A stretch of 64,000 nucleotides of DNA from Octopus vulgaris (Eukaryota): assembly GCA_951406725.2 (NCBI GenBank), contig OX597822.1:48236001-48300000 (forward strand). The letters are read 5' to 3'. Shown piece after piece: positions 43,217 to 56,463 of the stretch (position 1 is its first letter; each line of letters opens with the position of its first letter). The position numbers were made by a program, and so were the translations under genes. A model generated the notes under the pieces. That model had not been told where the DNA came from. It saw nothing but the letters and a program-made list of their open reading frames with translations, and searched no databases.

Positions 43217-43289
43217 TGACTTAAAACTGTATGATAGATTGCCGTTAATTCATTCTCTCTTACCTGTTTGTGTTTGCCTTTCAAATGCT

Positions 43290-43662
43290 GTGTCTTTACT
43301 GTGATCTCCCTTTTAGTAGAAGAAATAGCTATAATCTCTTTGACTGCTATTTCTAAATTCGGTGTGCGGTAAGGCAATTCGTTGCTAAACCCTTAATTGC
43401 TTAGTATATATATATATATATATATATACTAAGTAATTAAGGGTTTAGCAACGAATTACCTCACCAACACACCGAATTTAGAAATAGCAGTCAAAGAGAT
43501 ATAGCTTATTCCTTCTACTAAAAGGGGGATCTCAGTAAAAACACTGTGTTTTTACTGAGATCCCCCTTTTAGTAGAAGGAATAGCTATATCTCTTTGACT
43601 GCTATTTCTAAATTCGGTGTGTTGGTGATGCAATTCGTTGCTAAACCCTTAATTACTTAGTA
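43290..43662. repeat. Triple alternating inverted repeat of a ~115-bp unit (+/-/+)
   Basis: Units at ~43290-43405, 43428-43544 and 43546-43662; centres are a (TA)n tract and aaaaacac-t-gtgttttt. Confidence 0.9.
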
Positions 43663-43777
43663 TTACTTAAATTTTCCTCGAATGGGGCTTTTACATGCCG
43701 AAATCTACTTGGTGTAATTGATAATTATCCCTAATTAATTAATTTCACCCTTTATTATTATATATATATATATATAT

Positions 43778-44385
43778 ACGGTCAACTCTCGCTACTATGC
43801 CACCCTGCGGGACTGAGCCAAAGTGGCATAGTACCGAGAGTGGCATAGTACCGAGGGTCTGTTATCTAAACGCTACATAACCAAAAATTTACTGAACATA
43901 CGAATAAAAATTCATAGGGTAGGAAGTAAGGCCAATAAGAAGTTCAATGCAATGGTAAAAAGAAGACATCCAAGTTTATTAAGTTCAGATTGCTTTTAGT
44001 TAATCCCGAAGCTCTCAAAAATTGTCGGCTGACGCATCTTCTTTCGGCGGATTTCATTCATTTCGTTGTCTAGCCTATCACACGCCTGCATGACGCTGGG
44101 TTTTCCGCTGCTCTGCTGCTGCATAAACTTTCGGATAGTGCTCCATGCTCTCTGGGTATCTGCAAACGAAACGTATTCCTCTTCCACAATTAACTCGTCG
44201 TCTTCACTTTTCACCAGCTCTTCGTTATGCATTACCTCCTTTGCTATTTCTTCTAGAGTGAAACATGTCGGACAATACAAGGGGTGGTAACTTGTATCAG
44301 ATATTACTAATGATACGAGGGACCCGACAATAACGTTTTTCGCAGCATCGATAATCTCCTTCTTTTCCTTCAGCGTAAACTCATA
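43778..44385 (-). mobile_element. Tigger/pogo-type element, internally deleted
   Basis: End ta-cggtcaactctcg with subterminal repeats gtggcatagtaccgag; C-terminus KKMRQPTIFESF; N-terminal FTLKEKKEIIDAAK (psq-HTH-like). Confidence 0.7.
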
Positions 44386-44387
44386 TA

Positions 44388-44800
44388 AGGCGCAGGAATG
44401 ACTGTGTGGTAAGTAGCTTGCTTACCAACCATATGGTTCTAGGTTCAGTCCTGTGTGATACCTTGGACAAGTGTCTTCTACTATAGCTTCAGGTAGACCA
44501 AAGTCTTGTGAGTGGATTTGGTAGATGGAAACTGAAAGAAACCAGCCGTATATATGTATATGTATGTGTGTGTATGTTTGTGTTTGTGTTTGTCCCCCCC
44601 CCACATCATCGCTTGACAACCGATGTTGGTGCATTTACGTCACCGTTCCTTAGCGGTTCAGCAAAAGTGACCGATAGAATAGGTACTAGGCTTACTTACA
44701 AAGAATGAGTCCTGGGATCGATTTGTTCGACTAATGATGGTGCTCCAGCATGGTCGCAGTTAAGTGACTGAAAGAAGTAAAGGGGGAAAAGAAAGAATAA
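44388..44800 (+). mobile_element. SINE family A
   Basis: ggcgcaggaatgactgtgtggtaagtagc head, family A tail. Confidence 0.88.
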
Positions 44801-44987
44801 AAGAATTAAATGAAATATCTGTACAATCAGTGTTAATTAGTGCGGCTTGTAATGAATTCCGGATCATCAGTGTCCGGAAAATCGGTTCTATATCTGTAGC
44901 TAACAAGAGTATGATAATAGAACAGACCCGTAGTGGACAAATGGATTTGTGGCGGAGAGAAAGATTGCTGTAGCTGGGGAAGAACTG

Positions 44988-45285
44988 GCCCTCCGTCGGT
45001 TACGACGACAAGCGTTCCCGTTGATGCGATCAACGGAACAACAGCCTGCTCGTGAAATTTATGCGCAAGTGGCTGAGCGCTCCACAGACTCGTGTAACCT
45101 TGACGTAGTGATTTAGGAGTTTCAGCAAGGCCCAGAATGTAACAAGGTTGCTCCTCCGAAATACAGGTGCAACTCATTTCGGAGTGACGTGAAACAAAGT
45201 GTCATGCTGAAGAACACAATGCGCCTGCCGAGTATCGAACTCACGATAGTGATCCGAATACCCCTCACCACTAAGCCACACGTAT
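44988..45285 (-). mobile_element. SINE family C
   Basis: ctccgtcggttacgacgac...ccactaagccacacg. Confidence 0.82.
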
Positions 45286-45348
45286 TCACAGTGGGAGTTG
45301 GAGAACGCTGGCCGCATCGTATGACAGTGTTGGTACAGAATAATGATG

Positions 45349-45601
45349 CAGTAATCCCTCGACTATCGCGGGTGTTACTTTCCAACCCCGCCTCCCGCGA
45401 TAGGTGAAAATCCGCGAAGTAGAAACAGCACAGTACTGTATATTTTATCATTATTTTTTATGATTTGTATATATCTATTTTATTATAAATGTAAAACAAC
45501 GCCACGGAGGAATCGACGTAAGCTTAAATAATAACCCGCGATTGGTAAACCGCGATAGGTGAACTACGATAAGTGAACTGCGATATGGCGAAGGATTACT
45601 G
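45349..45601. mobile_element. Tigger/pogo-type MITE (partial second copy at 46665-46859)
   Basis: TIRs cagtaatccctcgactatcgcgg and ctgcgatatggcgaaggattactg-ta. Confidence 0.8.
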
Positions 45602-45687
45602 TATGTATGTTTGTGTGTATGGAGATGTATGTATTTATGTGTGTGTGTGTGTGTATGTGTGTATGTGTGTGTGTATGTATACTTATC

Positions 45688-45721
<34 letters not shown>

Positions 45722-45945
45722 ATTTAAAAATTTAGTCAATTAAAACCATTAAAAAGAATCCGAAGATTAAAATATTTATATATACCAATTAAGGACTGAA
45801 CACGAAAAGGTGGACAGTCAACATGCTAGATATAGACGTCAAATCGCCATTCTCCACAAAGATTTTGTTCTCAAATAAAAATAAAATTCAGCACGACCTA
45901 AAGCAATGGATGAGACAAAAGAAATATACGAAATGGAATAATCAC

Positions 45946-46007
45946 CTACGTACCGTACAGTTTCAGCTATTAATATTACAAGGATATCTGTAGCTTCGTC
46001 AGCGTAG
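45946..46007 (-). ncRNA. Type I hammerhead ribozyme
   Basis: CUACG-CUGACGA-AGCUA...UAGCU-GAAACUGUACGGUA-CGUAG. Confidence 0.88.
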
Positions 46008-46338
46008 TTTGTTATGAGCATAATATGCTGTACTAGATGAAAAACGGTACCGGAGTCCCGCATGCAAAAAGTACGACCTATTACGTTCGGATGTATCTTT
46101 CAAATGCCTCTACTTTTGGCGCGCTGATAATCGAAAAACCAGCCTGCAGCTAATAATTAGCAGCAGTCAATTTATCGGTTTGAGAACATTTCTCAAACCG
46201 ATAAATTGACTGCTGCTAATATTAGCTGCAGGCTGGTTTTTCGATTATCAGCGCGCCAAAAGTAGAGGCATTTGAAAGATATCCGATAATATCGTACTTT
46301 GCATACCCGTATTTTTCATATATTATGCTCATAACAAA

Positions 46339-46399
46339 CTACGCTGACGAAGCTACAGATATCCTTGTGATATTAATAGCTGAAACTGTACGGTACGTA
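46339..46399 (+). ncRNA. Type I hammerhead ribozyme
   Basis: Inverted copy of 45946-46007; GUA cleavage after 46395. Confidence 0.85.
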
Positions 46400-46549
46400 T
46401 GATTATTCCATTTCGTATATTTCTTTTGTCTCATCCATTGCTTTAGGTCGTGCTGAATTTTATTTTTATTTGAGAACAAAATCTTTGTGGAGAATGTTTG
46501 ACGTCTATATCTAGCATGTTGACTGTCCACCTTTTCGTGTTCATCCTTA

Positions 46550-46604
<55 letters not shown>

Positions 46605-47181
46605 GTATATATGTATGTATGTATGTATGTCTGTATGTATGTATGTATGTAAGTATGTATGTATACGTTCCAAACCCCACCACGATAAGTGAAAAATCCG
46701 CGAATTAGAAGCAGTACTGTAGTGTATATTTTTTGTTATTTTTATAATTTGCATATATCTATTTTATTATAAATGCAAAACAACGCCATGGAGGAATCGA
46801 TGTAAGCTTAAATAATAAACCGTGATTGGTGAATCGCGGGATATGGCGACGGATTACTGTACTGGGTAGCGAAAAACTTCCATTGTGCGGAGGAATCACA
46901 AAAGTGAGGCCAACACGAAATCGCCGGACGAGGAAGAAGTGCGGCGATGGCTGTAGCACTGTGGTAGGAGGTGAAGAAGGGCAGAAGAGGGTGCGGAGTT
47001 TGTGTGAGGGTTGAGTGAAGTGGGGAGGGTTGATCGAGGTGGAAGGGAATAGAGATGTGGACTTAAATGTTTGATTACGGCAAAACTTGGAGAGGCGTTG
47101 TCATAGCAACGGCTCGTTCTCAGCTCGGCAAACAGGAAAAAAATGTGTTTAGAACGGAAGAGAGAAGTGTTGGAGGCGTGA

Positions 47182-47248
<67 letters not shown>

Positions 47249-47959
47249 GGTGGTGGTGGTGGTGGTGGTTATGGTGGTGGTGCTGGTGCTGGTGCTGGTG
47301 CTGGTGCTGGTGCTGGTGGTAGTCTTGATGGTACTGGTAGTAGTAGTAGTAGTTAGGATGGGCGGTGGCGGTCGTCATCGTATGATAGGACAGTTTGGTA
47401 GTGGTGTTAGCGGGAGGGTAATTGTTATTAGTGGCGCTGTTGCATAGTGGTGGTCGAGGTCGTGGTCGTGGCGGTGACGATGGTAGGGGTGGTGGTAGGG
47501 GCGGTGGCGGTGGTAAAGTTTCTTTGGCATTGGTGTCGAGTTTGATAATGTTTGTGTTGCGATGGTGATGTTTGATAGTATGGTAACTGCGACCACACTC
47601 GTAGTCACGCGGTACGATATGGTGGCGAACGTAGAGGTCGAGGGGTGATAACTGGACTGGGGTTAGTAAAAGGATGAAGGGGTGGTGGGATGAGGTGCAC
47701 GAGCGACGAGGGTGAGGGTGTTGTGAACGGGATAGGGAAAAGGGTAGTGGCAGTGCTGACACTGATAAATAAGGTGAAACAATAACATTACATCGGGGTG
47801 GCACCTTCAACCAGATCTGACGTTTGATATAAACAGTACCCCACCACCACCACCACCACCAATCACCCATTGGTCTACATCCTTTAATTGACATATGATA
47901 CCTTTCTCTCCCTGTGTGTATGCGTGTGTAGACACACACACATATAGATATATATAAGG

Positions 47960-48030
<71 letters not shown>

Positions 48031-48052
48031 CATATATATATATATATATATG

Positions 48053-48210
<158 letters not shown>

Positions 48211-48672
48211 GCATATATGGGTACAGGACGCCACAAAATGTAAACAACATGAAATACGAAGACAAATTCGGGTATGCAAACAACGAGAGAAACAAATGGA
48301 AAACAAGACAAGTAACATACAGAACTATCCTTTATCAGTTGTCGGCTGTCCATCTAATCCTCATTTCGAACATTTAACGACAATGTGAGACTTCGAAAGG
48401 CAGTGGCTCCCACGAACCAAAATAAATTTGGGATTTTCGGAGGGTCAAAGTTGGTAACAAAAACAGGACAGTGGAAATATACAATAAACCAAACGAAAAC
48501 AAACATGGATGGCCGTTAGGCTAGACGAGGTAAGGTAGCGAACGCTAGAGGAATATTACCTTTGACAAGAGGAAAAATAGAAGAGGAGACAGATAAGAAT
48601 GCGTCTGATCTGTACGACAGATTGAAGGAAAAGAAAGATGGACGATGGTCACGAGTGAGCAACGAGAGTAAA

Positions 48673-48722
<50 letters not shown>

Positions 48723-48754
48723 GTAAATATAATGTGATATAATTCGGTAGCCAT

Positions 48755-48816
48755 GATAAAACTCCGAGTTTCGGATTATCGGGGCGGAAACCCGCATCGG
48801 CATCTCTTCAGTTATC
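48755..48816 (-). ncRNA. Type I hammerhead ribozyme
   Basis: GAUAA-CUGAAGA-GAU...AUCC-GAAACUC-G-GAGUU-UUAUC; a partial sister copy at 31165-31232 has a GUC triplet. Confidence 0.75.
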
Positions 48817-49398
48817 GGGCCATCAAAAGATGTTATGAAAATGATCGTTGTTCATACATACACATGCGCGCCCGTACAGCAACTGAAGGTAAGACATTAT
48901 TTCAACCTCAGAAACACAGTTATTTGTCCACTAGACAAGACTTGCATGTTTAGTTCAAAGCCAACTCCGCTCTACTAATTAATGAGACCGGAGGTTACCA
49001 CTGTTCCGAAACCGAGAACAATAATATGTTTGATTGTGAGAAAGTAACTTCAAAAGAGATACTCCAACCTTTAGTCTTTCTTCGGTAGACAAAAATGAAT
49101 AGTACGAAGCTCGCAAGCCATATATGAAAATTGAAGGGCATACATCAACGAGTTCAAAAAAGTGTAGATCACACAACCTTGTTGCACGACCTTCTAAATT
49201 CAAGGTCTTAAATATTTACCAGATGTATTCATCTCAACAAATCCCTGTTGTCGAATTGGAGGACGCCAGCCTCAGCAGGTTAGACATACATATTCACCTT
49301 TCTCCTAATTAGCAATCTCTGTTAATTATAGAATTTATATTTTTTACATGGCACTTATTCACAAGATAAAACACAGTATACATTCAACATTAACAATA

Positions 49399-49703
49399 AC
49401 TAGCACTCCGTCGGTTACGACGATGTGGGCTCCAATAGATCCGATCAACGGAACATCCTGCTCATGGAATTAACGTGCAAGTGACTGAGCACTCCACAGA
49501 CACGTGTATCTTTAGTGAAGTTCTCGGGGAGATTCAGAATGTGACACGGCTGGTCCTTAGAAACACAGGTACAATTCCGTTTTGTCAGCTGCATGGACTG
49601 GACCAACGTAAAATAAAGTGTCTTGCTCAAGAACGCAATGAATATCGAACACTTGACTTTACAATCGTAACCCGATGACCTTAACTATTAAGCCACATAC
49701 CCG
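49399..49703 (-). mobile_element. SINE family C with 13-bp TSD
   Basis: TSD aacattaacaata at 49386-49398 and 49704-49716. Confidence 0.87.
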
Positions 49704-50019
49704 AACATTAACAATATACTTATTCAATATGAAAGATTCACTTTTGGCACATTAAACACTTCGTTTAAACGGGACATAACCTAACTTCCAAGAGTGAAAT
49801 TATACCCCTTTTTTCTTGGAATACTTTTTTCTCAAGTTTTTTCCTTGTATTTTCTCACGATGCAGACACGTTTTATGAACCTGAACGATCGCAGGCTCAT
49901 ACACGGTACGTTTTATATAACTACGTCCGGATATTGCAACTTTCCGAGCATAAAATTTAAAGTAGTTCATGTATAACTCTTTTATTCATGAAATTTCGTG
50001 TGTGTGTGTGTACATAAAT

Positions 50020-50111
<92 letters not shown>

Positions 50112-50247
50112 ATGTATGTATGCATTAACACGAAAACGCACATAAATATGCCATGTTATTTTTCTTGAGCCTATGGTGTATAAGTAATCAAGATCATAAT
50201 GTGTTTGTGTTTGTATGTATATTTATAAATGTATATGTATATGTATG

Positions 50248-50279
<32 letters not shown>

Positions 50280-50430
50280 TACATTTGTGTGTGTGTCTGT
50301 GTGTGTGTATCAGTGTGCTTGTTTTAAATTTATTCTTGGGGTAGGAAGTTGTCATTAATAAATCTGTCAACAAAAGGCCTTATCGGCATAAGACAATTTG
50401 TAAAAATATTTACTTACATATTGTGTGCGC

Positions 50431-50461
<31 letters not shown>

Positions 50462-50606
50462 CTTATATAAATACATAAATACACACATACATAGGCATAT
50501 ATACGCACAAGTATATTCACTCATATACATGTATAAGCACGTGTATATTATATATGTGTGTGTGTATATATATATATATGTGTGTATATATGTATGTATA
50601 TATGTG

Positions 50607-50673
<67 letters not shown>

Positions 50674-50915
50674 GTGTGTGTGTGTGTGTGTAAGAATTAA
50701 AATTGAGTGAGAGTTATTTTAGAATTCTGTATGCTTGAAAACCAACTCACCTAAACAAATATAAATATTATTATATACACAACACTGTAAACACGTCTCT
50801 ATACTATTTACCTAGTTGTATGTATAACAACATACACATCTGTATACTTATACACACACGCACACATACACATACATATATCTGCTCTCGTGAAATATAT
50901 CTCCAAAAGTTGGTT

Positions 50916-51069
50916 AAGCGCAGGAGTGGCTGTGTGGTAAGAAGCTTGCTTCCCAAACACATGGTTCCGGGTTCAGTCCCACTGCGTGGAACCTTGGGCT
51001 AGTGTCTTCTCGGGTCGACCAAAGCCTTGTGAGTGGATTTGGTTGACAGAAACTGAAATAATACCATCG

Positions 51070-51112
<43 letters not shown>

Positions 51113-51900
51113 ACACACACACATACATACATACATACATACATACATACATACATACATACATACATTTATAAATTCAGATGAATATGGTACTTAAGTT
51201 GAGGCACCAGAATTTAGTACGGTATTTCTATCCTTGTGTTATAATATTCTTCTTAATAATCCTCTGAATAACCCTTAAACTTTAACTGTATACAATGTAG
51301 CAACATTGTTTAAAATATTTAACTATAGTACTACATGATAAGACGTCCTCTGTTTCATTATCAAACGTCTGCTAGCGGGCGACCCCTTAATTGTCAGCTA
51401 ACATCTTGTTTTAAGTTTTCCTTTACCAAATCTCATGATATTGCTTCTAATAAATCTTGATTTTTATGACTATACCAACTATGATGTCTGTCTGCTTCCT
51501 CAGCCCTACCCCTAACAGATACTTCCCTCTATTCTCTCAGTCTCAGATATACAAGGGATTTGATAAACTAGTCTATAAATTAAAACTGACCCCCAAAAAA
51601 CAAAAACTCAGTAACAAGCAGAGTCTGAAACAATGTATATCTTCTTGAAAATTCAGTAACTTCTAAACTGCAGTGAGACAGTATGTTATTTGTCTATCTC
51701 CTTAACTTCTTGGAAATTATAGGTATAATTACACTAATGTGTCCATCTGTTCTAATTTAATTAAATTCTGTCTTTGTGCAGCTGAAGATTGCTCTACATT
51801 TTAAATTGACGTAATGAAATGATTGCATTGTTCAATTAAATGGAGTTGCATGAAACGATCATATTGCATTACCTCTGGATATCCTTGTTGCTTATTTCGG

Positions 51901-51951
<51 letters not shown>

Positions 51952-52260
51952 TTGTATGTATGTATGTATGTATGTATGTATGTATGTATGTATGTATGTA
52001 TGTATGTATGTATGTATGTATGTAGTATGAATATATATATGTATGTATGTTTGTTGTTTGTGTCTGTGTTTGAACCACCCACCATCGGTTGACAGCCGAT
52101 GTTTGTGTGTTTACATCCCTGTAACTTAGCAGTTCGGAAGAAAGATTCCGATGGAATAAATACTAGGCTTACAAAATCCTGGGGTCGATTTATTCGACTA
52201 AAGGCGGTGCTCCATCATGGCCGCAGTCAAATGACTGAACCAAGTAAAAGAGTAAAAGAG
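50916..52260 (+). mobile_element. SINE family A split into a 5' half (50916-51070) and a 3' half (52060-52260) by ~1 kb inserted in its microsatellite
   Basis: The halves are collinear; the insert is bounded by microsatellite and contains a hammerhead motif. Confidence 0.65.
51776..51869 (+). ncRNA. Type I hammerhead, slightly degenerate, long helix II
   Basis: GUGCAG-CUGAAGA-UUGC...GCAU-GAAACGAUCAUA-UUGCAU (ACGAUCGU palindrome with a G>A change). Confidence 0.65.
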
Positions 52261-52704
52261 CAATCAAACCAGTGCCTCTATATATACACTTGACATGGTA
52301 GAAATAACTGCCAAATCCCCTTAATTTCTCTTCTCTCGTCTAGAGAAATAATGTACGTATTGTATGAATATAGTCCTAAATAAACAAAAATGGTCACGGC
52401 TAGGAAGCCTTTGGTGAGCTATCTGCTCATTTGGAGTTAGCCCAGGGCTAAACAACAGCATGAGCAACACATGAGCTATTGCACAGGCACACATAACCCA
52501 CTTTACAATGACACTGAACATTAGTGCTGACTTCCTCGCCACATCCTGTGTTTGTGCTAAAAGGCAGAATACATTCCGCTTTCATGATAGTGATGTAAGG
52601 GATTTGGGAGCGGCACTCACTGGACGTAGGGGTAATATTGCATTGTGTTATATAGACGTGGTGATGATGATGATGATGATAGTGGTGGTATTTATTTTTT
52701 CTGG

Positions 52705-52840
52705 CCCACAGGGGGCTAAATATAGGGGGGACAAACAAGGACAGACAAACAGATTAAGTGCATAACTGATACTTATTTCATCGACCCCGAAAGGATGAAC
52801 GGCAAAGTCGACCTCGGCGGAATTTGAACTCAGAACGTAG
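52705..52840 (-). mobile_element. SINE family B, 3' part
   Basis: catcgaccccgaaaggatgaacggcaaagtcgacctcggcggaatttgaactcagaacg. Confidence 0.85.
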
Positions 52841-52849
52841 CACCAGACG

Positions 52850-54067
52850 AAGTAGTGGTGGTAAAGGCGATGGTGGTAGTGGCAGTGATGGTGACAGTGA
52901 TGGTGACAGTGATGGTCGTGGTGATGATGATGATGATGATGATGATGATAGAGGTGGTGGTTATGGTGGTGGTTGTTGTAGTGGTGGTGGTGATGGTGAT
53001 AATCATGGTTATGACCATGATGATGATGATAATGATGATGATCATGATGATGATGATGATAGTGGTGGTATTGGCGATGGTGTTGGTGCCAGTGATGGTG
53101 GCGGTGATGGTGGTGGTGGTGGTGGCGGTGGTGATGATGATGATGATGAGGAGGAGGAGGAGGAGGAGGGGAAGGAGGAGAATGACGTCGAGGAAAAAGA
53201 AGTAAAAAAGAAAACCGGATACGTAGACGAGCGGAGGGCGAAGATGGAGAAGATGAGTGAAAGGGATGGGGGAGAGGAAGGAGATGAAGAAAAGGGTTAA
53301 GGAAATCTTGAGAAGGAAAGTTTTAATCATCATCGTCATCCTCCTCATATTCTTTATCATCATCCTCACCAGCAGCAGCAGCACGATCCCCTTCATCCTC
53401 CTCTTCAACATCATCATCATTATTATCGTTATCATTAGCATTACCATTACCATCATCAGTCATTCCTACCCCTATCATCATCATCATCGTCAACATCATC
53501 ATCAATAAAACCGTAATTAGCATTTTCACTGTATTCCTCCCGACTCCGTAGTCTCCGCTTCTTCCTCCTCCCTCTTGGACTCATCATCATCATCATTAGC
53601 ATTATCATCATCTCCGTTATTATTGTTAACGAAGTCCGAGGGGAAAGCAGAAAAATAAACTGGTGAAATATAGGAAGACAGGTAAGGCAGGTAGGTAGGT
53701 AGGTAGGTAGGTAGATAGGTAGGTAGGTAGGCAGGTAGTAGGTAGGTAGGTAGGTAGGTAGCTAGGTAGGTAGCTAGGTAGGTAGCTAGGTAGGTAGGTA
53801 GGTAGGTAGGTAGGCAGGCAGGGAGGGAGGGAGGGGGAGGGAGGTTGGTAGGTAGGTAGGTAGGTAGGTAGGTAGGTAGGTAGGTAGGTAGGTAGGTAGG
53901 TAGGTAAGTAGGTAGTTAGGTAGAAGGAAAAGGACAGAGGTAGGGACAGAGAGAGACAGACAGACAGACTGATAGAGAGAGAAAGAGAGAGAGAGAGAGG
54001 TAGGTAGGTAGGTAGGTAGGTAGGTAGAAGGAAAAGGACAGAGGTAGGGACAGAGAGAGAGACAGGC

Positions 54068-54130
<63 letters not shown>

Positions 54131-54224
54131 TAGGTAGGTGGGTGGGTAGGTAGGTAGAACGAAAAGGACAGAGGGAGGGAGGGACAAAGAGAGAGAGACA
54201 GGTAGACAGATAGACAGACAGACT

Positions 54225-54283
<59 letters not shown>

Positions 54284-54638
54284 GGTAGATAGATAGATGG
54301 TAGCGCTGGTTATTACGATACTGAGAATGGTTGTCATGGTGTAAATGTTGATAGCGTTAATGATAATTATATAGGCATTGTTGGTGATGATGATGATGAC
54401 GGCTACGACGATGATGACAATGATGACGATGATAATGATGATGATGATCATCATCATCATCACAATTATAATTTTTATCATTATCGTCATCATTATTATC
54501 ATCATCGTTATTGTTATCATTATTATTATAATAAAAAATCTTCTTTTTCTACTCTATTTCGGGCCTTGTGCCTAGAGTAGAAAAGAAGATCATCATCTTC
54601 ATCATCATCATCATCATCATCGTCGTCGTCGTCGTCGA

Positions 54639-54683
<45 letters not shown>

Positions 54684-54842
54684 TGTTGTTGTTGTTGTTG
54701 TTGTGTTCAAATCTTCGTCCTTTTGAGATTTCTTCCTTGCTTTCATCTCATTCCTCTCTCCATCTCGTTCACCCTTCTCTGTCTTCTACTCTTCCTTTCA
54801 CCACATCTTTTGTCTTCTTTTCCTTCTTTTTATTCGTCGTCG

Positions 54843-54876
<34 letters not shown>

Positions 54877-55345
54877 TTTATTCTTCTATTTCTTTCTCTT
54901 TGTTCTTCTTACCTTCGTATATATTCGTCTATACCTGCATGTGTGTGTGTGTAACACATACAAGCATATACAAATATATACTTATAAATATCAGTCTCTC
55001 CATTTCATTATCATACTCTCTCTCCTTCTCTTACTGTCTTTCCCTCTTTCTATCTCTCACTCTCTTTTTCTCTCTCTCACTCTCTTTTTCTCTCTCTCAC
55101 TCTCTTTTTCTCTCTCTCTCTCTCTCTCAGTCTCTCTCACCTTCTCTCTTTCTCTCTCTTTGACATTCTCTTTTTCTCTCTCTCCTTTTCTTTCTCTTTC
55201 TTTCTCTCTTTCTCTCTCTCCTTCTCTCTCTCTCTCTTTCACTCTCTATTTCACTCTCTCTCTTTCTCTTTCTCTCTTCTTTTCTCTCTCTCTTTCTCTC
55301 TCCCTATCTCTTTCTCTCTCTTCCTCTCCCCCTATCTGTCTCTCT

Positions 55346-55378
<33 letters not shown>

Positions 55379-55900
55379 ACTCTCTCCACCGATACCAAAT
55401 ATCATTTCTATATCAAAGATCTTTGAAAACCTCTTGAGATGAACAGAAGCCAAACAATGATCTCTTTCTAAAATAACCACTCTTGGCCACTACCACCACT
55501 ACCACCACTACCACCACTGCCACCACTGCCACCACTACCACCACTGCCACCACTACTGCCACTACTACTACTACTGCTACCCCTACCATCATCACCACCA
55601 CCACTTCTACCACTTACATTCACCTCTCTATTTCTATTCCCAAAATGTCAAATCCAGAGCCGTAGTCGATATCGTCGCTGCCGCCATCACCATCACCACC
55701 ATCATCATCATCGTCATCATCATCATCCTTCTCCTCCACCTCCTCCTCTTTCTCATCATCATTATCATCATCATCATCACTACCACTACCGCCACTACCG
55801 TCACCTTTACTGCCATCATGGACATAACGACAAATTGTCACCCTTCAACATTACTACCTCCACCACCATCATCATCATTATCATCATTAATCTCACTGCC
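52850..55900. repeat. Extended low-complexity region (GAT/GGT, TAGG, GACA, GATA, CGT, CT, ACC)
   Basis: Direct inspection. Confidence 0.9.
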
Positions 55901-55994
55901 TCCACTCCCACCAGCACAATAATCATTAATATCATATACAACCCTAACCGCCAGATATTTATAAACTCCCTACAACCATAATCTAACCCACCAT

Positions 55995-56370
55995 ATTACA
56001 GTATCCTCCAACCCCTACCTAGCCTCCGTCCCCCACCCGACTTCCAACCGCTACCAGACCTCCAACCCCTACCGAACCTCCAACCCTCACCAGACTTCCA
56101 ACCCCCACCAAACCTCCAACCCTCACCAACCCGCACCAAACCTCCAGCCTCCACAAAATCTCCAACCTCCACCAAACCTCTAACCGCCACAAACTTCCAG
56201 CCCTCACCAAACCTCCAGCCCTCAACTAACCTCCAGCCCTCACCAAACCTCTAGCTCCCACCAAACTTCCAATCTCTACCAAACCTCAAACCCTCACCAA
56301 ATTTCCAAATCCCAAGCCTCCAGCCCCCGCCAAACCTCCAGCCCCACCAACAAACCTCCAACCTCCCCAT
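55995..56370. repeat. ~18-bp C-rich minisatellite (ccaaacctccaaccctca)
   Basis: About 20 degenerate tandem units. Confidence 0.85.
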
Positions 56371-56399
56371 AATATCTACCACTTCGCCTGCTCAACGTA

Positions 56400-56454
<55 letters not shown>

Positions 56455-56463
<9 letters not shown>

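Larger units (their letters stand above)
45786..46553. repeat. ~770-bp palindrome of a hammerhead-bearing element
   Basis: Arms 45786-46186 and 46190-46553 are reverse complements with small indels; 3-nt centre. Confidence 0.95.
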
